From contig OZ365109.1 of assembly GCA_977030845.1 (NCBI GenBank), forward strand, positions 53,630,001 through 53,694,000: a DNA stretch of 64,000 nucleotides, read 5' to 3'. The first letter of the stretch is position 1; each line of letters opens with the position of its first letter. The translations under genes and the position numbers were made by a program. A model generated the notes under the pieces. It saw nothing but the letters and a program-made list of their open reading frames with translations. It did not search any database and was not told where the DNA came from. Positions 50,101-60,775 of the stretch are shown in pieces. Source of the stretch: Fimbriosthenelais zetlandica. Taxonomy: Eukaryota.

Positions 50101-52789
50101 TTTTAGGACAAACTGTTACTGTTTTGTAATCAGTATTATAAAAATAATTTGAATAAACTGTGGTTACATTGTATGGGTCACATATGTCCTTTCTCCTTTA
50201 CCACGACAGCAACAAAGATAGCAGTTGAGAAAGATTATAGGATAAAGAAAACACCTACATGTAGCCAAAATGTATATTATAAATATACACGTTGGGAAAA
50301 CTCAATAAACTGAATTATTTAAATTTCAATAACTTTTGGCAACTTGTTATCGCTTTAGCTCTTTAGTTCAGTTGACTATGGTGATAATGGAGGCACAGTT
50401 TAACAGACTTATCATTCCTGATGAACTACGGCTGTGTAAGGATGACATGAGATCCCTTCATACATTCCTTCACTGTGAAAGCTCCATCAGCCCATCCACA
50501 TAAGTCAGTACGTAAGTAATTGTGATTGTGGCGTGATTTGCCTTCATTATCGCCCATCTATCTCATCAGGGGAGATGTGACTTGTTTGGCCAGGCATCCT
50601 GGGGGCACAAAACCATGGATAGCCATGGGGTAGAAAATTGCTATATATAGCCTTTACCAGGAGAAAGGAATGGTTCCAGTTATCTAAGTTATTGCCATAA
50701 AAGTTTTTGATTAGAAAAATGTAATATCTTTTCGGGGAAAATAATACTGTTATCACTGCTTCACAAAGCAAGCAGTGAATGGCATTGGAAAATTTGTTGA
50801 GAAACAATATCCAACCATCCCCCAAAAAAGTTTATCCTATTATAGTAAATACCTCCATGAAATTCTAATGCCTTTCTGAATTTGAAGTATTTTATATCCT
50901 TAAATAGTAATGCTAAATGTAAACATCCTTTTATATAAATGGTTATATTTCTGTGTCAATGCAAATTAATGCTTATTTTTTAAAGATCTGTTTGATAGAT
51001 AATGCAGGGTTTATAGACGTAAAGGATAATTTCTGGCAAAATTGCAAACACTAATAAATAAATATGTAAAATGGGCAGTGAAACTGGAAGGTGTGAGGAA
51101 AATAAAGGATGGAAATTCCCATTAAAATTGATATTTAATTGACAAATGATGCTCTGGATTAGTTTTTAGAAATTTCATGCCGTTTGGAAAAACTTTTGGA
51201 TGACAGCGGACAATTCATAGGGCTAATGAGAATTAGGTTACCAATTTCCAAAGGATTAGAGACATTAAACACTATTGAGAGGTTTAACGCATTTACAAAA
51301 CAGTGGATTGTTTTCCAGGCAAAATCCAATTAAATTTCTTTATACGACGTGCCAGTCTTTTGCAATATTGAAATAAGAATTAATTCTTTACCGGAACTAT
51401 CTTCGGGCTGAACGATCAAACGGAAAAATAATTTAACGATATATAGCATACAGAAAGAGGGAGTGGGGCCAGACTGAGACAGTTTCTTTATCTGAATGTT
51501 ATAAGGAGTATTAGGTTTCAAGGGCTGAACAGCACACATTTCCTAACAGCCTAAGATTGTACATACAGAAGTTTAACAAACAGAACCATGAGGAATATAT
51601 TTTCCATCAAGTGGGGGAATGAAGTACAGCATGAAATGGAATTATATCCTGGAGTTTTACCAGAAGGGATTGTACAACAATACATTAGCCTATAGTTGCA
51701 CCTGATACCTATATTATTTTCCCTATACTACTTACAGCCCAAGCAGGCTGGACTCATTCCCCTTATAATCAAGGGGATGGAGGGTCAGTTGAGGGTCATC
51801 CCGGGGCAGCCCTTTCAGTATAGCACTACAGGGCCATTATAATTGTAACTTGGAACATTTCATCATATCTCCATTAAAATTATAATGTGTTATGTACAGC
51901 AAACACCACCGCTGCCATATATATGAGTAATTAATATTGTGTTATATAACCTTGGATCACCAAGACCAGTAAATCCACTTAATAGGTATCCTCAAAATAC
52001 TTTGCTGCCTGCTAAGCCCATTTGATTAAAACTAATTTAATCGAGTGGAGACACAATGGGGTTCCTGTCACTATAAACGTCATATATTTTATACAATTTA
52101 TGAACAATAGGGAAGCCCGTGAACATTCTGACCTTTATGTACAGAGATATATTATACAATTATCAGAGAGGACATTTTTACATTATGTATATACTACAAT
52201 TGTTTACATGGAATTCTGCTCTTTACAAATGAATTGAATGGTCAATAATATTAAATTAATGCAACCAGGGGCACGCTTCTTGAGGGCATATGAGAAATTA
52301 CAGATAATAGTTTAGAGTAAGTACTCTATACTCAACTGACTGTAATAACACAAATCGCATTCATGTAAATTTGTCCTTTTGAGGGCAGGACCATGTAGGC
52401 TAATGGATAAAATTGCCTCAAATTATGCCAGCCTTGAGGAAGTCTACAAGAGCAACATCTGTCCCGTGAGATATAGTATGAGAGTACAGAAAGTGCATCA
52501 TGAAATATGAGCGAGTCCTAGAGGGTAGATCTAAAGAAGAGATGGTCCCATCACCAACACCCGCCCTATATACTGCAGCTTCTGCCCCCTTCCCCCCTCC
52601 TTGTTAATATTTCTGCAAATGCAAACAGTGACTTCAATATCGGGGATCCAAGACCCCATTAATCAAAGGCAAGAACCCCAGAAGTGGCCGACACCCGGCC
52701 GCCAGCACCATCAGAAGAGGGTCGACGGTGGAGATTGGATGAAGAGAGAGGGGTGGGAGAGAAAGCAATATGTAGGGTAATGATTGAGA

Positions 52790-52803
52790 GTTGCCATAGC
52801 AAC
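52790..52803. promoter_or_regulatory. RFX X-box GTTGCCATAGCAAC
   Basis: Canonical 14-mer X-box. Confidence 0.55.
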
Positions 52804-53675
52804 CCTTTGCCACTGTATAAGACCAAGCCTTTGTGAGGGTGTGACCAAAGTAGCGCATTGGGCCTAACACTTGATGTAGATAGGGTACATGTATGCACAT
52901 GGTGCATGCCATGTATACATGTACCTACACTGCATATAATTCATTATTGACTGAAAACCTGCAATGCATCTATACTGCATGCATTACTTTGGTATACGGT
53001 TACCTTGAGTAATATAGCCACTTGCCACTATACATTCAAAGGCTTACATTAAAGGATATGTAACTTATGACTCTCACTATCTAAAGGCAGCTAGGCCTAA
53101 TTCTATGATACTAAAAGGTATAGGCAAACTTCATAATTATAATATCACAGACTGATAATCTAACTATCAAGGTCTAAATTCTGCCCTTGACGACTAATCG
53201 AAAGGATTTCTTTATGAATTGACCACATAGTTTTATTGTCGGGCAGAATATACAAGGTCACTCCCACAATAATAAGCATTTTATGGAGATATGTTTATTA
53301 TCTGAGATGATTATTCTGAATCGTACATCACAGAGAGATCAGGAAGATTAGGAGATCAGGAGGCGTGGAGTGTTTAAGCATAAATGTACACAGACTCCGT
53401 ATGGGTGCCTCTGTTCCTGAGTTCAAAGTAAATGTGGGAGGGATATGAAAGCAGACATCAGGTGATACCCTATAGAATTTCCTATAAATGGAAAACCACA
53501 CGTTTCGGGACTTCAGACAGAAAACTCTTGGTGTACATTTTTTTTAATTTGACTTTTTAGTTGCAAAAACACCTTTAGAAAGACTCTGGTCGAAATCTTC
53601 AAACAAGATCATCTATACTAAGCCTGGTTTGATGTTGAATACAGTTATATTAGATAGAGACGGGGATATTCTTAC

Positions 53676-53685
53676 CGATTTCCTC
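53676..53685 (-). CDS. Candidate 10-nt microexon GAGGAAATCG, (R)RKS
   Basis: ctttttcag|GAGGAAATCG|gtaaga; converts phase 2 (exon 60741-60793) to phase 0 (exon 42490). Confidence 0.62.
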
Positions 53686-55530
53686 CTGAAAAAGTTCATT
53701 ATAGTCCCTCAAAGTCCTTTCTGGCTGCCATTTTCTTTGATATATCGATGGTAAAGGTACTCCGTATCACCATTAATAGGTGTAAAAATATCCAGGATTT
53801 GGGGTTGAAAGTTAAGACCTGACGTGTTCTTTATGTTGTATGTATACACTTTTGAGTTCAAGGAAAAACTTTTCCTGGAAACGGTATACATTGAAAACTA
53901 GACTTGTACTGTGGACCCTACAGATATGGTGCCTATTATTAGCAATCTCTTATGTATCCATATCAATCGGGTCATAATATTAAAGTGGCTCTATTACTGA
54001 ATTTTCTTTCAGATCATTAGTTCATCTCTATGATCCACTGCCGTTCCTCTGGACAGCACTGAACTTGAGATCTTCCAAGCCAATGCCCAACCGAGATTCT
54101 GGGTCAACAGTGCAAATCCAGGTACAGCTTTAATTAGATAAAACATGTTGTATAATTATATGGCCTCTTTCATTCGGGAGGTCATGTATCAGATTTAGAG
54201 TGATGTTGGTGATTGTATTGGTAGGTAATGTATCATGTCGGATTAACGCGCTCCTGGTGTCAATAATCTGGATCAGACAGATTTAATCTAATCTGGGATG
54301 GATTCAGCTCTGGTCAATAAATCATGTCAATCGCGATCATGTACACTGGTCATACTATCTATAGTGGATATGGGGAAGAAGGTTCAGAGACTTCCATAAT
54401 GCATTGCAATCCTTTATCAGCTATCGTAGAATCTATATGATAAGAATATATATGCTTGTATACCATGAAGAAATCAGATAATTGGGATCCAATTGCCAAA
54501 AAGATAATGCGATAGAGAGAACTAAAGCCCCCATCCTATACCAGCGATTATGAAAGCGAGATAAAATTCCATTGCCAAATATAATTATCCAGTTCATAAA
54601 TGACTGCAAGTTATATAAAACACCCAGAAATTATGATAGAACCAGTGTATATGGACGTAAATATACAGGAATTAACCTAGTGGTGACATTGAAATATCGA
54701 AGTGCCAGGAGGCCTTGGTATCCGTGGTGGGCGTTTTCTCGCCATTGCGGTTCAACAAACACGTACAGGGCTTTGGCCTTAAGCCACTTTGACTTTTTGA
54801 AAGGGCCACTGGGTTAAAGCATTTAGCCCGAAGAGATCAAGGTCGATATGTCAGTTAAAGGCTATTCCACATCACGAAATACGGCATGAATAACATAGAT
54901 GTACATCCATAATTATGAATAACATGCATGTGCACGCGAACAATATGCACATAAATATACATGACTGTATGATTATGTGTTTTGGTCAACGGTCAACCAT
55001 CAATAACTTTAAAAAAAGGTGAAAAAATATTTTATCCAATATGGATTTCTATCCTAGTCTAATAGAATTAGTACTGTCACCAGGAATTCCAAAAAAATCC
55101 TTTAGAAAATCCCATGAGTTCATCCTTAGTGAAGAGGGAGTGGGCGTGAATGTTTTAAGTCCTTTCAGTGTTAGAAGCTAAGTCTCAATGAAGGTTGAGG
55201 GTAAAATGCCTTCAGAACCACAAAATGTCAGCTTGTCTCCACTCGAGACATGATAACTACCCTGACCTGTTTCTAAAACATACACTTTGCATAACAATAA
55301 AGTAAACAACCCATGGAAAAATTCGCAAACACAAAACAACAAAGACAAAGGCAGTCCGCCATTCCATTTGGATCATTATGTCATGACGAATACCCGATTT
55401 TTAATCGCTCTCATGAAATGATCGAGTGAGATATTAAATTTTAGTTGGCATGGTTATTTTGGTGGATTAGTTTGAGGCGTTTCCAGCAGGTGGCAGGGCA
55501 CGTGAGTGAATCTCCCCTTAGGTGATTGGT

Positions 55531-55559
55531 GGGTGGGTGGGTGGGGGTAGGGGGCGGGG
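55531..55559 (+). other. G-quadruplex motif GGGTGGGTGGGTGGGGGTAGGGGGCGGGG
   Basis: Six G-runs with 1-2 nt loops. Confidence 0.65.
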
Positions 55560-57002
55560 TAGGTTTGGAGGTAAGGATGGGGTGTTTTGTGGGGAGAGAG
55601 AGGGAGGAGAAAGGTCAAAGGTGAAGACAGGTGAGCATTAGTTGTTGAGCGCCGGAGGAAACACCTGCAAACACAGAGCTTCTGTACCGGAGCTCAATCA
55701 CTGCCTCTCAACCAGTCCACGGTGACATTTTAAAAAGTTGAGGTCGGCTAAATGATTGAAAACAAGGTTCAAAATGGTTTTGAAATGCTGTGATTTACCG
55801 AGCTCAGATGTGTTTGAAGAGGTGGAGTTTGGATCAATTAAATCAAGTGGAATTGTAGGAAGACCAGAGGGATAATAATTACCATAAATTATAATCTTTT
55901 CATTTTGTCATTGGTGAAACCCATATAAACCTTTATAGAGAAGAGGATTGATTCAACAACGGTGAAGATGATTTGACGATAAAAAAAATCCAGAGAGAGG
56001 TATTTATCTAGAAAACCTATTTAAGGCATTGAATTTTTATAGCCAATATTAAATTTATCAATCATACCTTCAGACATAAAAATATCTATACTTTTCATTT
56101 CCCACTGTCTGAACATGGACATAAATCCTTTAGACAGGAGGAAGACAATAACAAATGTTTCCATCACCTGAGGTTAACATTTTCAAGCCAGTAAATCACC
56201 TCAATATGACTGCCATTTAACTGATGACTCATGCTCCACGTCTCAGTGACCCACCATGGGTCAAGTATCAGTTTTAGGAGGTAAAGCACTCGCAGTGCTC
56301 AAAAAACGTGACAGAGATAACAGCCTGGAAAGCAGGTGATAGGACAGAACACGAACGATAATGTTTCACGCGGATATGTTTTATCTTAATTATCCTGAAG
56401 TTTTTAAGTGGAGTTTCAAAAGTTTCAATGCGTTCTTGTTTTCGATGATCTTTTTTTTTTATTATTGTACGTATCCATATATATGTCAAGCCATGCACTA
56501 TATGTATAACCCATATGACTAGCTATATCTGTGGATATGACTTCATGTTGCTTTGATCACTGATGATATAGAATATGTACATAAACTTCATGTACCATAT
56601 ACATCATACATGCGCCTCATTTGGTGGTAACACCAAAATATAACTGTCAATAATTGAAAATCTCTCTTTGTTTCAGGAATCCATTAATAAAGAATACAGA
56701 TGACTAATTATAATAGCATTTTTTTATGAATAAAGCAAAACAATACAATAAGATACATAAGGGCATGATAGACCATAATGAAGCAGAGTATTTTGACATA
56801 AACTGCTGCTAATGATCCTGACATAGGTCGTACATAGGTCGAAAGGACATGCGGGACAAATTGGAGTCATTTATTATGATGGCAGGACAATGCCATGCCT
56901 ATATTCACAGTCCCTGAGGGCTGCACGTCATTACGGCTAATTAACTAACACTGTCCTCCACATCTAAGGTAGGAGAGATAGAGTTCAGCCTAGTAATGAC
57001 CA

Positions 57003-57027
57003 TTACTAATGATATCTTCATTAGTAA
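57003..57027. repeat. Perfect 10-bp inverted repeat ttactaatga-(5 nt)-tcattagtaa
   Basis: Direct read. Confidence 0.6.
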
Positions 57028-60000
57028 CTCGCATGTTGGGTCTTGATTAGTATTTATATAACCAATTTTATGGAATGTGTAATATGGAATAATTCCTGCC
57101 AGATGGTGGGTTTGTATTACATAATGATAAATTCAATTCACTTCTTCCAGTTATTACTTGAAGATGATAATGGAAGAAATTAATCTTGCATAGGTATAGA
57201 GTTCAAGGGAAAATACTGAACCATTGGGAAAAAAGTTAAAGAGATCCTTGGTATTTCGAGAATCATGTTCTTGTGACAAAGGTGATTGTATACAATCACT
57301 ACTTCGTGCAAAGGCACTTTATTCTAGTATTAAAAAAAACAAGGAGCACACTTGTAGCATGCTCCCCCGGGAGTATGGTTGGATAAATTAAGTACGCCAT
57401 AAAAGGCCATTTTGCATAACATTACAGATTTATATTGTACATGTCGAGAATATTATTACTCCCTAGAGCCTGTACATGATGCAACAGCTGGTGGGATGAA
57501 TCAAATTTTTCTTTTTCAATTTTTATATAGCTTCTATATGTAGTTGTAATATTTCTAGCTATCATCTTCGAGCACTATGTACGTGTACTATTTGTTTATT
57601 GGAACTTTAGATCAGGTTCTATTGGGGAACCCTTTAAAAATGACAGTCATTTCTAGGCAGCAGTGGGTGTCCTGAACCTTGTGTTTTATACGGTGATACA
57701 TTATGCAGGGCACAGCTTCGCTATCCAATTAGAAAGCCATAGATCAGATGTTTTTATTAAGGGAACCAGTCGGCTATGGACAATTCAGCTCACAATATGG
57801 AATCAAAACAACGTGCTGACGAAGCAACTTTTGATGTTTTCTATCCAATGACTGGTACTGAAAATGTTTTGACGTCTTTCTGCCAAGTACCTTGTCTAAT
57901 GGAAACAGATAGGTGATTTCTAACAAAGGTGAATATTTAAACTGCATGACAGCAAGGCACAAAATCATGGTTTTTGCTGTCAGACAGTAATGACACACCG
58001 TGTGTGCAGACAGTCGAAGCAATGATCACTGACTATTGGTTTAAAATAGACTTGCAGATATGCATTAACAATTTTTATTGTTTTCCGTATCCTGGTGGGA
58101 ATACACATTTATAATAGACAAAATTAATAATAAACTGGCAATAAAGTAAGAAATTCATATATTATGAAGGAGTAAATGTATGAGAGAATACATTTGAATC
58201 CAACTTACATAAATTCTCAATGTAATTTAAAGCAATATCATACACCTGTCGAATATTAGATGCATGGTCATAATGTGGGGAATCGGGGATAAATCCATTC
58301 TGCAAACCAACTAAACCGTAGAGAGCAAGATATGTCATTATAATTCTTCAGAGCAATGGAAAAGTTGAACACTTATCAAATAATTTGACAGGGGTGAAGC
58401 AAGGCTAAATGGGAGTGTGTTTAGGAGGTCACGGTCCCAATCAGACCATTAGTGGAGTGAGTTGCTCCCCTTGCCCTCTAGAGACTCTATGCTCCTCATA
58501 TAACCCTGAGAGATGAGTGGGTATAGGGGTAGGCCTGCCTATAGGAGGTGGTAGAGAATGGGGGTGGAAACACAATAGCCTCACCCTGATTTCCATGTCG
58601 TCCATGATCCCAGGACCGTCCCAGAGGTGCCCAATCCATTTAGAGAGGGCCTTAAAGGACCAAAAGACCCCTTTTATCCATGCAGAGGGATTTTAATCTG
58701 CACAGGCACACATACCCCGTGGTACCTTATACTTGTGCATGCTAAGCCTAACCCCCTCATATAAAGGACCTGCCTCCAATGCTTCATTCAATAATAAGTA
58801 CCTATCCATGTATAATAGTGATTGATGGATTTGGAAATTTAATTTTTGCGAGTAGCAATGTGCCCTGCATATGAGCTTAAAAGCTTTCAAAAAAGCTCTC
58901 AAAAGTGGCTAAATATAGATTTATAATCATGAAAATAGCCCATATACATCATTATAATACATATAATAAGTCCATAAATCTGGCTATGAAAGTACATACA
59001 TAATGTTAGTGCTACATGTGATGGCAGTTTTAACCGATTAAGACAAGCCATGCTTCTCATTAAACACGACCCCCTTGGGTTCAAAACGCCCAAAATAATC
59101 ACATTACATCAAACGTTATGTCAGCCTAATTTGACTCCGCGGAGTAGCCTTACCCCTCGGGGGAATGGTCATACAGCATACTACACTTACTACGTTATGA
59201 CCCAGATACTGGCCTACATGTAAAACTGCTTCACAGAGAGGCCAGCCATTATGGATGTGCTGCCTGATCTCTGGCAGGATTCCAAAGCTGCCTTTTTTGG
59301 CATTGGAAGCACTGGATGCCCATGTATTCTGCCCGCTCCAGCGATGCTCTCGCCCACGTGACTTGTGTTCTCGTATAATAACGCCATGTTAACGTGATTA
59401 AAGGTCTCTATATTATCGTTAATACACAAGGCAGTAAATGGTCCGTAATACTATAGAGTTACTACAATGGTGTGAACCGTCAATGTTCCCCAAACATCAG
59501 GCTAAATATTACCACGGACGTAACTAGTGTTCGCAATGCCACACCCATTTATTTCCAAACAAAACATGCCATTTCCACATCTAGAATTCGGGTTACTATT
59601 AGACGAAGGCAGAATAGCACAGCATTAACATAACCATATTATCCATTAACCATCCCAATCAGTCAAACAATGACATTGAACATTTTTATAATATGCTCCA
59701 AAAATACAATCAAGGTTCTCTATTTCAAAATATTGCCATAGACTAATGCCACTTTCCATGTGCTACTCGCATGAGACCATTCAAGGGATTACAGAACCAA
59801 CCTACTATGACAGGGGTACGATGTATACTCTATTCGCTATACAAAGCTGGAAATATATACACATACGCATATGATTCATATCTTTGTAATATGTAATTTG
59901 GGAATAAAAAAGGTCCGAGCTTTTGATGAAGCCGTATAATAATGCCGACTATGGGGGTTTATCTGGTCCCGATCCATGAGCCATGAGTCATCAACAATCA

Positions 60001-60391
60001 GGTCATGTCTGGTTCACCGGGCTAGACATAGAGAACACAACCACAAAAAATACAAAAACAAAAAACTGCGATACAGGTAACACGGTCCGAATTAAGCCGC
60101 ATGGATGATATATCAGTTTCCCTGTTTGCATTGGCAAATACACTAGGGGGTCGATTATGTATATTTGTGGAGAAACATTATTGGGTGAACTTCAGCTGCA
60201 TTTGCTCAGTATAGGACAATGCAAAGTCAATATTGATACGCTCTTATTAAACCCGGCAGTGTGTACACATATTTGTATGGGGAAACTATATTAGATGTGG
60301 CTTGTAGCAAAGTGTTGGGAAATATGTGAATACTTCAGAATAGGGGGAGAGAAGGCATGACAGTTATTTAGGAAGTCCTATGAGATGCTAG

Positions 60392-60405
60392 GTTGCTATG
60401 GTTAC
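60392..60405. promoter_or_regulatory. RFX X-box GTTGCTATGGTTAC (GTAACCATAGCAAC on minus)
   Basis: Consensus match on the minus strand, about 340 nt into the intron after the MGGCIS exon. Confidence 0.5.
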
Positions 60406-60740
60406 GTGATATTTGCCATAACACGTCTTTGGTCTCCATGCCAACGGTTTATATCCCCGTCAAATCTCAGTCTGGTTCCATGGATTATTTAGAAACTAAA
60501 TCAAATGAAAGATATGAAAGGAAACAGGCTTGAAAGGAAACAGAGATTGGTTCATAACAATATAATTGTAATGGCAAGAATGACCTATTCCATTTAAATA
60601 GATAAAACAAAATTGTAGCATTTTTATGAATCTGTTCCACTAAATACTGCATGTAGAACCCCTCTCACATAGTTATGAAGCCTATTTCAGGATAGACCCT
60701 TTGTTATGAGTGAACTACATTCCTTCGGGTAAGCCATTAC

Positions 60741-60775
60741 CTCAATCGCAGATCAAAGGAAATGCATCCACCCAT
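60741..60775 (-). CDS. Candidate initiating coding segment MGGCISFDLRL(R), inside exon 60793-60741
   Basis: Long pyrimidine tract tttatctcttcttgcctttcatctcatctcgttttcactcctggcag, ttcATGG start, donor gag|gtaatg in phase 2; MGxxxS myristoylation consensus with Cys4. Confidence 0.6.

Noticed and set aside
59191-59429. GC-richer stretch with a 71-aa ORF and a gtaagt donor
   Set aside because: The frame reaching the donor has no ATG or acceptor; the ATG frames stop before it.
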